Translations under genes and position numbers: made by a program
NCBI GenBank assembly: GCA_964430735.1
Contig: CAYSFB010000002.1
Span: 158,027 to 222,026 of the forward strand
Source: an uncultured Planctomycetia bacterium
GTDB taxonomy: Bacteria > Omnitrophota > Gorgyraeia > 2-02-FULL-51-18 > JAGOUK01
DNA length: 64,000 nucleotides
Direction: 5' to 3'
Part shown: positions 29,335-39,600 of the stretch, piece after piece
How positions within the stretch are numbered: the first letter of the stretch is position 1
Layout of the letters: every line of letters starts with the position of its first letter
The notes under the pieces: model-generated
Databases searched by the model: none
What the model was told of the DNA's origin: nothing
The model's input: the letters and a program-made list of their open reading frames with translations, nothing else

Positions 29335-29774
29335 TCGGCTCTCCCCGGCAGGAGGCTCACGCTCTGCCAATAGGCGCAAAAGCCCCCCACCATGCGGACA
29401 AAGTCCGGATAATCCGCCGGCTTGGGCAGATAACTCGCCGCGCCCGCCTGATAGGCCCGGTGCACGTCACCGGCGTTGCGCGACGTCGTCATGATCACGA
29501 TCGGGATCTCGCGCAAATTCAAGTCAGACTTCATCGCCGCGATGACCGCGAAGCCGTCCACGCGCGGCATGTTCAAGTCCAGCAGCACCACGTCCGGACG
29601 GACGAACGGCTCGGCGGCTTCGCCGCTCGGACGGCCGTATAAAAAGTCCAGGGCCTCCTGGCCGTTGCGGACCGTCCGGATCACCGCTGGAGCGCCCGAC
29701 TTTTCGAACGCACGCAGCGCGATCTTGACGTCGGCTTCGCTGTCTTCGGCCAGCAGAATCTTCAAAGGGTTCAT
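29331..29774 (-). CDS. single-domain response regulator (receiver)
   Basis: ILLAEDSEAD...VLLDLNMPRVDG...IVIMTTS...YLPKP. ATG start MNPLK overlaps the upstream histidine-kinase stop (ATGA). The track ORF extends further upstream in frame, but that N-terminal extension overlaps the kinase gene. Confidence 0.8.
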   Translation of the reverse strand: MNPLKILLAEDSEADVKIALRAFEKSGAPAVIRTVRNGQEALDFLYGRPSGEAAEPFVRPDVVLLDLNMPRVDGFAVIAAMKSDLNLREIPIVIMTTSRNAGDVHRAYQAGAASYLPKPADYPDFVRMVGGFCAYWQSVSLLPGRAE

Positions 29775-31726
29775 TTGAGCTGGGCTCCGGGAGTTTTGGG
29801 CAGGATCACGCGGAACGTCGCGCCCTGCCCCGATTGCGATTCGACGCGCACGCGGCCGCCGTGGTCCTCGACGACGCGTTTGACGATGCTGAGTCCGACG
29901 CCGGTCCCTTCGTATGCGTCGTCGGCGTGCAGACGCTTGAAGATCCCGAAGATCTGGTCGTGGTATTTGGGTTCGATGCCGATGCCGTTGTCTTTGACGA
30001 ACAGCTCCCAGCGGTCGCCCCGGTCGGCCCAGCCGATTTCGACCTTGGGCCAGGTCGGCACGCGGCCGGCGGCGTTCTGCTGCTTGGAAGAAAATTTGAC
30101 CGCATTCAAGATCAGGTTCAGGAATACTTCGGTGAGTTTGACCCGGTCGCACAGGATCACCGGCAGGTCCGGCGCGACGATCACCCGCGCGCCGGCCGAC
30201 TCGACGTCGAAGCGGATCCGGTCCAGCACGTCCCGGACGATGTCGCCGACCGACGCCGGCGCAAACGGGTTGCGCACGCGCGAAATGCGCGACAGCGTGA
30301 GCAGGTCATCGATGAGCCGGTTCATCCGGAGCGCGCCTTTGCGGATTTCTTCGAGATGGTCCCGGCCCTGCGCATCCAGTTTGGGTCCGCAGTCCTCCTG
30401 CAGGAATGCGGCAAACGACGCGATCGCGCGCAGCGGCGCGCGCAAGTCGTGGCTGGCGGTATAGACGAAGCCGTCGAGTTCGGCGTTGGCTTTTTCGAGA
30501 TACCGGCGCTGCTCTTCGAACTTGGCCTCCGCGATGCGGCGTTGCCGCACTTCTTCCTCGAGGGTCTGATTGGCTTTTTCCAGCTGGGAGGTGCGCTGCT
30601 GGACCGTTTCGGAGATGATGCGGGACTGGTGGATGAGCGAACGCAAAAAATACGCGAGCAACGCCGTAAACCCCGCCACCGCGGACGACGCCGCCCAGGG
30701 CAGCCAGCCCTTGCGGTTGACGTCCCATTCCGGCAGATAGAGCGATACGGCTTCCAGACGCGCGTCAGCGGCGCCGATCGGGCTGCGGTAGGAAAAATGA
30801 GGGTAGTGGCGGATCTCTTCGGTGTTCAGCGGCTGCTCCGGCTCCGGCCGGCGCCGCGAGCCGAAATAACCCACCACGCGCACCGCGTCGGGCGCCGTGC
30901 GCTCGAACAGATACAGGTCGGACGGCGACGGCGCCAGGCTGCCGAGCGCGCGGTCGAGGAGGGCGGATAAATCGGACTGCGGATGAATCAGGATTTCTTT
31001 TTCGACGGCGCGGATCCGATCATGCGCGTCGTACTCGAAGTTTTTCTGCGCGATCCGCCGATCGGCGTAATCCAGCGCCAGATGGATGTGAAAAGCGATC
31101 AGCATCCCGAGACACATGAGAAGGACGATCGGCAGGTTCGGATTCGTCCGCTTCCATCCGGCCTGGACAAACGCCGCTCCCGAAGTCAAAAAAATCACCG
31201 CTCCGATGAACGGGATCGGCGCTTCCATGATCCCGACTGCGAACCGCTGTCCGCCCCACAGATACCCGGCAATGGCCGCGGCCGCGATCGAGGCGGTCAG
31301 CGAACCCGACCAGCCGAGCAGTTGCTGCCGGGTCTTTCCCTCGGGCAGTGCCAGCGAGGCGAACCCCGCCGCGACGGTCCAAAATGCCAGATGCGTTCCG
31401 TTCAGCCAATCGCCCGGAAAGGAAGCCAATGCGCCGAAAATGCAGGCGGCCGCGCCGAGCACCGAACTCATCCGCGTCCGGGCGAGACCTGCGAATAAAA
31501 AGGCGCTGCCGGCTCCGACGAGAGCGGCGGCGGCGTTGACCGGCATGGCGACAAAAGACGCGTGGATGCGGGTGAGGAGGGTGTTGTGGATGAGCCATCC
31601 GATGAGGACGAGGGCGGCCGCGGCAAAAATAAAGCCGCCGGCCAGGACGAATGCCGCGCGGTCACGGGACGGAAGTGCGTTGGAACCGGGCCCGGAGGCG
31701 GCGCCGGCGTGCGGAATCGTTTGCAT
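29771..31726 (-). CDS. membrane-anchored sensor histidine kinase
   Basis: ~350-aa N-terminal polytopic membrane region. Coiled coil. H-box YTASHDLRAPLRAI. HATPase_c (ILNAVKF...DNGIGI...GTGVGLSIVKRVV). Confidence 0.85.
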   Translation of the reverse strand: MQTIPHAGAASGPGSNALPSRDRAAFVLAGGFIFAAAALVLIGWLIHNTLLTRIHASFVAMPVNAAAALVGAGSAFLFAGLARTRMSSVLGAAACIFGALASFPGDWLNGTHLAFWTVAAGFASLALPEGKTRQQLLGWSGSLTASIAAAAIAGYLWGGQRFAVGIMEAPIPFIGAVIFLTSGAAFVQAGWKRTNPNLPIVLLMCLGMLIAFHIHLALDYADRRIAQKNFEYDAHDRIRAVEKEILIHPQSDLSALLDRALGSLAPSPSDLYLFERTAPDAVRVVGYFGSRRRPEPEQPLNTEEIRHYPHFSYRSPIGAADARLEAVSLYLPEWDVNRKGWLPWAASSAVAGFTALLAYFLRSLIHQSRIISETVQQRTSQLEKANQTLEEEVRQRRIAEAKFEEQRRYLEKANAELDGFVYTASHDLRAPLRAIASFAAFLQEDCGPKLDAQGRDHLEEIRKGALRMNRLIDDLLTLSRISRVRNPFAPASVGDIVRDVLDRIRFDVESAGARVIVAPDLPVILCDRVKLTEVFLNLILNAVKFSSKQQNAAGRVPTWPKVEIGWADRGDRWELFVKDNGIGIEPKYHDQIFGIFKRLHADDAYEGTGVGLSIVKRVVEDHGGRVRVESQSGQGATFRVILPKTPGAQLK

Positions 31727-31767
31727 CTGGATTTTTATTATACCCGATCCCTCTGTATAATGGATTC

Positions 31768-32469
31768 ATGTACAAGAAACACCTGCTGGTGATCGATGAT
31801 GAGGCGGACCTTTTGACCCTGCTGGAATCGCGCTTGCGCCATTCCGGCTACGACGTATCCACAGCCCTCACCGCCGCGGAAGGCCTGGCCGCCGCGGTCC
31901 GGAACAAACCGGACCTCATCCTGCTCGATATCTCGCTCCCCGACGGGGATGGATTCGACGTCTGCAAATCCCTGCGTGGACAGGCCTCCACCCGGCGCAT
32001 CCCCGTCATCATGCTCACGGCCCGCGGCGCAGCGACGGACGAAGTGCTGGGCCTCGAGCTCGGCGCGGACGATTATGTGACCAAGCCCTACGATTACCGT
32101 GTGCTCGAAACGCGCATCAAGCGGCTGCTGCAAAAAGGTATCGAAACGGCGGACCAGGTCCGAACCACCGGCGACGCGATCGAGTCGGGCGACCTGACGA
32201 TCGACCTGCGCGGCCGCCGCGTTTATCTGTCCGGAAACGAGCTCGGCCTCACACAGCTCGAGTTCCGAATCCTCTCTACGCTCGCTTCGGATCCCCGGCG
32301 CATTTTTTCGCGTGAAGAGCTCATCAAGACCACCTGGAAGGACGACAAAAAAGACACGTCCCGCGCGATCAAGGTGAACAACCACATCAACAACCTGAGA
32401 AACAAGCTCGGGTCCGCCGCCGACCGCGTCGAGACAGTCCACGGCTCCGGCTACCGTTTCCGCGCTTAA
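31768..32469 (+). CDS. OmpR-family two-component response regulator (REC plus winged-helix DNA-binding domain)
   Basis: LLVIDDEADL...ILLDISLPDGDG...IIMLTARG. C-terminal trans_reg_C segment (LTQLEFRILSTLASDPRRIFSREELIKTTW...GSGYRFRA). ATG at 31768. Confidence 0.85.
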   Translation: MYKKHLLVIDDEADLLTLLESRLRHSGYDVSTALTAAEGLAAAVRNKPDLILLDISLPDGDGFDVCKSLRGQASTRRIPVIMLTARGAATDEVLGLELGADDYVTKPYDYRVLETRIKRLLQKGIETADQVRTTGDAIESGDLTIDLRGRRVYLSGNELGLTQLEFRILSTLASDPRRIFSREELIKTTWKDDKKDTSRAIKVNNHINNLRNKLGSAADRVETVHGSGYRFRA

Positions 32470-32476
32470 TTCCGCC

Positions 32477-33637
32477 GTGTCGGATTCCCTTTTTTCCCGC
32501 CGGACCGACTGGCCCGAACATTCCAACCGGATCTCGCAGCTCGCGGACAAGCTCCGCGCCGAAGCGGCCGACTTCATCGACCTGACCGAGTCCAACCCGA
32601 CCCGCTGCGGGTTCGCCGGCTTCGGTCAGAACTGGCCGGCCGCGCTCGCCGATGCCGCCAACCTCCGGTACGCGCCCGACCCCATCGGCCTCCGCTCCGC
32701 GCGCGAAGCGGTCGCCGGTTATTACGCGGCCAAGGGCGTGAAGCTCGACCCTGATCAAATCGTCCTGACTTCCGGCACCAGCGAAGCCTACAATTTTGTC
32801 TTCCGGCTCCTCACCCATCCGGGCCAGGCCGTCATGACGCCCGCGCCGAGCTACCCGCTCATCGACCTGCTCCTGGACCTCAACGACATCCGGCAGCACC
32901 GCTATCCCTTAAGTTACGACAACGGCTGGTCCTTCGACGCGGCCAACGCCCGGCAGGCGCGCCAGCCCCAGACGCGCGCGCTCATCGCCATTCATCCCAA
33001 CAACCCGACGGGGCACGCCTTCAGCTCTGCTGAGCGGGACGCGCTGGTCGATTTTACGATCTCCGAAAAAATGGCCCTCGTCGTCGACGAAGTCTTCCTG
33101 GACTACGGCCCGGACCCCGCCGCCACCTTCGCGGCCGAAAACCGTGTCCTGACCTTCACGCTGAGCGGCATCTCCAAAGTCCTCGCCCTGCCTCAGATGA
33201 AACTCTCCTGGATCGTCGTCACGGGCCCCGAAGCCGAGCGCCGCGAAGCCCTGAGACGGCTCGCCGTCATCGCCGACACCTTCCTGTCGGTGAGCACGCC
33301 GGCGCAACACGCCCTCCCCGGCTGGCTCCAGGCCGCGCCCGAAGTCCATCGGCAGATCCGGGACCGCGTCGCCGGCAACCGCCGCGCGCTCGAGGCGCTT
33401 TTTAAAAACCGCGCCCCGGCCGACCTTCTCGCCGGCTCCGGCGCCTGGACCGCGGTCCTGCGCTTCCCCGAGGAGACCGACGACGAGTCGGCAGCTTACG
33501 ACCTCCTGAACCGCCGCCACGTCCTGGCGCATCCGGGCTACCTCTTCGACTTCCCGTCCGGCTCGCATCTGGTCCTGTCCCTCCTCCCGGAACCCGAAGT
33601 TTTTGCCGAGGGCGCGCGCCGTCTCTTTTTGATATAA
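32477..33637 (+). CDS. pyridoxal-phosphate-dependent aminotransferase, class I/II fold (alanine/aspartate transaminase-like)
   Basis: DFIDLTESNP...GLRSAREAVAGYY...VLTSGTSEAYNFVF...IHPNNPTGHAF...LVVDEVFLDY...SGISKVLALPQMKLSWIV (the lysine in SGISK is the candidate PLP site). GTG start at 32477; the exact start is uncertain. Confidence 0.75.
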   Translation: MSDSLFSRRTDWPEHSNRISQLADKLRAEAADFIDLTESNPTRCGFAGFGQNWPAALADAANLRYAPDPIGLRSAREAVAGYYAAKGVKLDPDQIVLTSGTSEAYNFVFRLLTHPGQAVMTPAPSYPLIDLLLDLNDIRQHRYPLSYDNGWSFDAANARQARQPQTRALIAIHPNNPTGHAFSSAERDALVDFTISEKMALVVDEVFLDYGPDPAATFAAENRVLTFTLSGISKVLALPQMKLSWIVVTGPEAERREALRRLAVIADTFLSVSTPAQHALPGWLQAAPEVHRQIRDRVAGNRRALEALFKNRAPADLLAGSGAWTAVLRFPEETDDESAAYDLLNRRHVLAHPGYLFDFPSGSHLVLSLLPEPEVFAEGARRLFLI

Positions 33638-33647
33638 TTCTGCACCT

Positions 33648-36557
33648 ATGCAAAAACATAAACCCGAATCCCGGCCCTCGACCATCTGGAAATTCATCGA
33701 CTCCAACGGCACGTTTCAACTCGAGAACCCCGGCCGCTTCAGCCGGCTCTACTTCCCCCTCGCCAACGAGGCGGGCATGCTCGCCAGCATCACGCCCAAA
33801 CTCAAGGGCGACACCAAAAAGGGCCAGGACGCGTTTCTGACGCTGCCGGTCTCTTCCGAGGACCTGCACAATTCCAAGGCGAACCGCAACTTCTGGGTCA
33901 TCCAGGACGGCAAGCACATCTGGTCCGCCACCGGCGTCGCGAAAAATAAAAAAGACTACTCCGACCGCGTCTCCGTCGAAGCCGGCCAGCTCTGGCACGA
34001 GCTCACCCGCGAGAACCATACGCTCAAACTCAAATCGGTCATCACGAACTTCGTCCCCTCCTCGGGCGAACACGTCGAAATCATGCGCGTCGCGATCCAC
34101 AACACCGGCTCCGCCGAGACCGAAGTCTCCGCCTGGGTTGCCGTCCCGATGTACGCGCGCTCCGCGGACAACCTTCGCGACCACCGCCACGTGACATCCC
34201 TGCTTCACCGCATCGAAGAGCATCACAACGGCGTGCTCGTGACGCCGACCATGACTTTCGACGAACGCGGACACCAGATCAATCACCTGACCTACGCGGT
34301 GCTCGCGGCCGACGGCCAGGGCCGCGCGCCCGAGAAGATCGTCCCGACCGTCGAGGCCTTCATCGGCGAGGGCGGCAGCTACGAGTACCCCAAGAGTCTG
34401 TTCGAAGCCGAGCGTCACGACGAAGCCGCGTACCGCGAACACATCCAGGGCAAAGAAGCCATGGGCGCGCTGCGCTTCCCCAAGGTCCGGATCAAGCCCG
34501 GCGCCAAAGCCGAATTCATCGTTCTCCTCGGCATCGCAGAGGACAAGACCGAGATCGCCAAGTGGCTGCACCGCTTCGCCGCCTCCGACAAAGTCGAGAC
34601 CTCGCTCGCCGAGACGAAGAAGTTCTGGCAGGAAAAGTCCTCCCAGGTCGTCTTCAACACCGCCGACCCCGTTTTTAACGGATGGCTCCGCTGGGTCGGC
34701 CTTCAGCCCGTGTTCCGCAAAATCTTCGGCTGCTCCTTCCTCCCGGACTTCGACTACGGCCGCGGCGGACGCGGTTGGCGCGACCTGTGGCAGGACTGCC
34801 TGGCGCTCCTCCTCACGCATCCGGAAGAAACGCGCTCGATGCTGCTGCACAATTACGGCGGCGTGCGCATCGACGGCTCCAACGCGACGATCATCTCCGC
34901 GGGCGACTACCGTTTTGTGGCCGACCGCAACTCGATCACCCGCGTCTGGATGGACCACGGCGTCTGGCCGTTCGTGACGACCGAACTGTATCTGCATGAG
35001 TCGGGCGATATGGACTTTTTGCTCAAAAAAGCGCCGTATTTCCGCGACACCCAGCAGTCCCGCGCCGCCAAGAAGGACACGGACTGGACCCCCGAGTACG
35101 GGACCAAGCTCAAAACGAAGTCCGGCAAGGTGTATCAGGGCACGCTCATCGAGCACATCCTCGTCCAGCACCTCGTCCAGTTCTTCAACGTCGGCCCGCA
35201 CAACCACATCAAGCTCGAGTGCGCCGACTGGAACGACGGTCTCGACATGGCCGCCGAAAAGGGCGAATCCGTCGCATTCACGGCGTTCTACGCCGGCAAC
35301 CTGCGCCGCATCGCCTCGGTCCTCGACTATCTGGCCCAGGTCAAGAACCTGAAGACGCTGGAACTGGCGAATGAGCTCGGCATCCTGCTCGATTCCGCCG
35401 GCAAGGGCAAACTCCCCTCGTATCACAATGCCGCCTACAAGCGCGAAACGCTTGAGCGCTACTTCAAGGCCGTGCAGCCGGAAATCAGCGGCAAGGTCCG
35501 CAAGTTCTCCGTCGCCGCGCTGGTCAAGGACCTGAACGCCAAGGCCGACTACCTCACCCGCCACGTGCGCGTGAAGGAGTGGATCAAGGTGAAGTCGGGA
35601 CACGAATTCTTCAACGGGTATTACGACAACCAGGCGCGGCGGGTCGAAGGCGACCACGCCAACGGCGTGCGCATGACGCTCACGGGCCAGGTCTTCGCGG
35701 CGATGAGCGGCGTGGCCGACCATCATCAGGTCTCGCAGATCGTGAAGTCCGTGCGCAAATACCTCATCGACCCGAATCTGGGCGGCGTGCGCCTCAACAC
35801 CGACTTCAAAGAAATCCAACCGGACCTCGGCCGTGCGTTCTCCTTCGCCTACGGCGAAAAAGAAAACGGCGCCTTCTTCAATCACATGCAGGTGATGTAC
35901 GCCAACGCGCTGTATAAGCGCGGCTTCGTGCAGGAAGGTTATGAAGTGCTGCGCGGGATTTTCCGGATGGCGGTGAGCGTCGAAAACAGCAAGATCTACC
36001 CGGGTCTCCCCGAGTATTTCAACTCCGAAGGCCGCGGAATGTACCATTACCTCACCGGTTCGGCGAGCTGGTACTTCATGACGCTGCTCACGGAGAGCTT
36101 CGGCGTCAAAGGCCACTACGGCGACCTCCTGATCGAGCCCAAGCTGACGGCCGCGCAATTTGAAGGCGCGGACGCCATCTCGGTCATCGCGCCCTTCGCC
36201 GACCGCAAGCTCAAAATCGTCTACAAGAACCCCAAGAAGCTCTGCTACGGCCAATACCGGATCTCCGGCGCGACGCTGAACGGGGAAAAAGTTCATTCGG
36301 AACTTTCCGCCCACGACGCCTGGCTCATCGCCCGCGCGACGCTCGAAAAGCTTCCGGCCAACGGCCTCCACACGCTCGAGTTCACGCTCGACGTGAAGGC
36401 CCGCTCGCCCCAGGAACCGGCGCCCGTCTACACGAGCCCGGTCCTGCTCGCGAACCTGCGGCAGAAGGATTCCGATTCGGCCCCCAAAAAGGGCTTCAAG
36501 GAACGCCGCCTACTCCGTCTTCCGAAGCTGACCAAGCTCTCGTTCAAGCACCTCTAA
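33648..36557 (+). CDS. GH94-like glycoside phosphorylase family protein (cellobiose/chitobiose phosphorylase-like, (alpha/alpha)6 barrel)
   Basis: 969 aa with mixed composition, unlike the junk ORF on the opposite strand (33402..36371). N-terminal beta-sandwich resembles a cellobiose-phosphorylase N-terminus. ECADWNDGLD resembles the GH94 catalytic-Asp region. Family assignment is from recall, not from a search. Confidence 0.5.
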   Translation: MQKHKPESRPSTIWKFIDSNGTFQLENPGRFSRLYFPLANEAGMLASITPKLKGDTKKGQDAFLTLPVSSEDLHNSKANRNFWVIQDGKHIWSATGVAKNKKDYSDRVSVEAGQLWHELTRENHTLKLKSVITNFVPSSGEHVEIMRVAIHNTGSAETEVSAWVAVPMYARSADNLRDHRHVTSLLHRIEEHHNGVLVTPTMTFDERGHQINHLTYAVLAADGQGRAPEKIVPTVEAFIGEGGSYEYPKSLFEAERHDEAAYREHIQGKEAMGALRFPKVRIKPGAKAEFIVLLGIAEDKTEIAKWLHRFAASDKVETSLAETKKFWQEKSSQVVFNTADPVFNGWLRWVGLQPVFRKIFGCSFLPDFDYGRGGRGWRDLWQDCLALLLTHPEETRSMLLHNYGGVRIDGSNATIISAGDYRFVADRNSITRVWMDHGVWPFVTTELYLHESGDMDFLLKKAPYFRDTQQSRAAKKDTDWTPEYGTKLKTKSGKVYQGTLIEHILVQHLVQFFNVGPHNHIKLECADWNDGLDMAAEKGESVAFTAFYAGNLRRIASVLDYLAQVKNLKTLELANELGILLDSAGKGKLPSYHNAAYKRETLERYFKAVQPEISGKVRKFSVAALVKDLNAKADYLTRHVRVKEWIKVKSGHEFFNGYYDNQARRVEGDHANGVRMTLTGQVFAAMSGVADHHQVSQIVKSVRKYLIDPNLGGVRLNTDFKEIQPDLGRAFSFAYGEKENGAFFNHMQVMYANALYKRGFVQEGYEVLRGIFRMAVSVENSKIYPGLPEYFNSEGRGMYHYLTGSASWYFMTLLTESFGVKGHYGDLLIEPKLTAAQFEGADAISVIAPFADRKLKIVYKNPKKLCYGQYRISGATLNGEKVHSELSAHDAWLIARATLEKLPANGLHTLEFTLDVKARSPQEPAPVYTSPVLLANLRQKDSDSAPKKGFKERRLLRLPKLTKLSFKHL

Positions 36558-36583
36558 ACGAATCCTGACCAAAAAGCAAAAAA

Positions 36584-36616
36584 CCCCGGGAGAAATTTTC
36601 TCCCGGGGTTTTTTGT
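36584..36616. terminator. bidirectional rho-independent terminator between convergent genes
   Basis: CCCCGGGAGA-AATTTT-TCTCCCGGGG hairpin followed by a TTTTTTG run and preceded by AAAAA. Confidence 0.8.
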
Positions 36617-36638
36617 TTGATGCCGAAACGGATCGGGC

Positions 36639-39600
36639 TTACGCCGACTGGTCGATCGCGTCGTCCGCCATCTGAAAAAGTTCAAAAAGATCCGTCACGC
36701 TCAAAAACGCGGACGCGCGGTATTCCCGGAGCAGCAGCATCTGGGCGGGATCCGAAGGGTCCACTTCGGCCATCGCCAAACCCGCCGCCTGTGTGGGCGC
36801 GCGGCGGAACAGCATCTGCGAACCGCGGCTTTCGCGCCACAACGCGACGCCGTTGCGTACTCCCCTGAGCCGGGCCAGTTCGGCTTCGGTCAACACCGCC
36901 AGCGTGAACGGAATGTGCCGGCCGGCCTTCACTTCGGCCAGCATGCCGGTGTCGCCCGCTTCGAGCGCCGCTTCGTTTTCGACCGCCGCCAGATGCGCAT
37001 GGATCGGGTTGTCGAGTCCGCGGATGCCTTCGGCGCTCAAGTCCCCGTACTGTCCTTCGAATTGGACGTACACACCGAGAACCTTCGCCATCTTCTGGAC
37101 GGAACGGAAGACCCGTTGCATCTGCTCTTCGTTCAAGCCGCGCAGGATCGCGCCGTCCGCGTGCAGGATGACCGGCTGGCCGGCCGTGGACTTCAGATTG
37201 GGAATCAGATCTTTCTGGAGGGCCTGCCGGGCCATCTGGGCATTCCAAGGCTTCTGGATCGCGGGCATCAGCGCCGCGCCGTCCGAGCCCTTGGCATCGC
37301 CGGCATACGCCAGCGTGTTCCAGGCGAGGGCGTCGGCGAATTTCCACCGGATCGCGCCGTTGCGCATCGCCAGAATCCGGGTCAGCAAAGTGAAGATTCC
37401 GCTTGAAGCGTCGAATTCGGCCATATCGAATTCCGCTTCTTCCTCGCCCCGGAGAGCCGGCGCCGCGCCCCGGACAAATCCTTCGATCGCCTCGGTCTGC
37501 AGGCTGGCTCCCGACAACCGCGCGCCGGTCTTGGAAGGCGCCGGGGTGGTCAGATTGATTGCCACTCCTGATTGATCATCCATCAATTGATTGATGTAGT
37601 TCAGTTTGGTATCCGCCGCTATTTGCCGGCGAAGCGAATCCGCAATCCAGAGATTCAAAATCAACTTACCGTTCTTTTCTGTCAGGCCAAGCCCCAGAAT
37701 CGGGTCTTCCGGCGCATCATAGGTCTTCCCGGAAAGCGAGGACAACGGCTCTTTGGCATCTGCCGGCAAGTGGTCGACTTTGAGTTTTTTTTCCTTGCTG
37801 TCCCAGGCAATCGAACTGATGATATGAATTCCCTCATTGCGGGCAATCACCCACGTTCCATCTTCCCAGGACATGATTTGCAGCATGGACTGCTCTTGTC
37901 CTTTTGGAGACACCTGAACCATCTTTAATTTCTTGTCGGAAGCACCCGCCGCCGAATCGAACAGCTCAAAGTTCGCTAGCTGCGGGGTGGCTTGATGTTG
38001 CGTCACGAACACGGCCAGGGCCGAAGCCATGGTCAACTGCGCCATGCGCGCACCGCCGGCGGATTTAAGATCTTGGAGAGATTCCGCAATTTGCGCGGCC
38101 GTGACAGCTGCGTCGATGGCGGGCATTGGACGGATATTCAGCGTATGACTCTTATCGGAGGCATAAACACCGATCATTGCTTTGTGGCTGCCAACCTCGC
38201 GAAGACGCTCATGAACCGGCTTGCGATCAAGAAAAAGGCGGAACGCGGCCGCCAAATCCCATCCGCTGATCCTGGGATCGATGTACACGGCGTCGAACTC
38301 ACCCCATTCTTCGCGACTCTGGGCAATCCAAGCTGGAAGGATGTCTTCGAACCGGTCGCCGCCCTCGTAGCCCCTGGGCATGCGGTGGCGATGCATTTGG
38401 AGCAACGCCTGCAGCGTGTGGAGTCCGGGCGCCCCGAAGGCCTGGGGCAGGTTATAGACGGTGCGGATGCCAAGAGTTTGGAGCTCACGGAGCATATCCG
38501 CTGCCGGTTCCAGCGGCTGATTGTTCGGATGAATCCACCGGTCTTGGCGATGCAGTTCAGAAACCTGTTGAGAAAAAATATCGGTCGAAAGCCCGCCTTC
38601 CATATCGTATGAGGCGAGGATCAGATTTCCGTGATCATCTGAGTCCACGACACTCCACATCGGAGCATCCTGGACGGTCGGATCGGCCGCGATCATGCTG
38701 CCGACCGCCGGACGATCATCCTCAGCCACCAACCGGAACTTGCTGCGATCAAGCGTCACCGTAGTTTTCTCGACGCGCTGCGCTTCGCGCAGATGCTCCA
38801 AATACAGGTTCGCTTGGTCGATGAGCCCGCCCAGAAGCTTCTGAGCCGCCGGGAGAGCATATGTATTGCCATCCAAGTCATTTGCGTCCGACCGCAGATG
38901 GTCTGTTTGGCTTTTTGCTGTTTCCAGGAGTGAGAGATACGAAAGAACCCGGCTTTCTTGAGGATCAAAAAAGCTGCGCGCCAAGCCTTCCGCAGCGGCT
39001 CTGGCCTTGCCCAGCGTTTGCCGCACTGCATCGATCTGAACTTGGATTTGATTTTTCTTCTGCAAATCCGCTGCCCCTTGATCGACCAGCTGTTCTTCGC
39101 GGTTCAGCGCGACCTGGGCGATCTTAAGGGCCTCCGCCGCTCCGTCAAAATCCGCCAGCCGCGCGGCCGCAGGCCCGAATTCCGCGGTCCATTCGGCGGT
39201 CACCGATCCACCCGGGGCGATGACCTTGTCCGACGTCCCGGCGCGGGACGTGGTGGGCTCGACCGCCACGATGTCCGCCGGAAACACGGTCGGATTCTGA
39301 GGAACGAACAGGTGCACGTTGGAGTAGCCTTTCTGCGTGAGAACGAATTTTTCTCCCGTCTGCGGGTTCGTGAATTCAGAGACGGTCACGCCATCCGCCG
39401 ATTCGAGATCCGTGAACGTGGCGTCGATTTTTTCTTTTTCCAGCTTCCGGGGCGCGGCCAGATAGTCCTGGGCGGTGCCGGTCACGGGAATCACCTTGAG
39501 AGTCGACAGGCCGCTCGGGATGGTTTCGCGGACCCCGCGGGCCGGGATCCGGGCTTCGACCTGGGTCGGATTCAGCATTAAAAACCAGGGATGGTGGCCG

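Noticed and set aside
29771-29800. Apparent one-nucleotide discrepancy between my hand count and the ORF-track coordinates around the HK/REC junction
   Set aside because: Attributed to my own counting within that line. The track coordinates are internally consistent (lengths divisible by 3, start codons verified at 31726 and 31768), so track coordinates were used.
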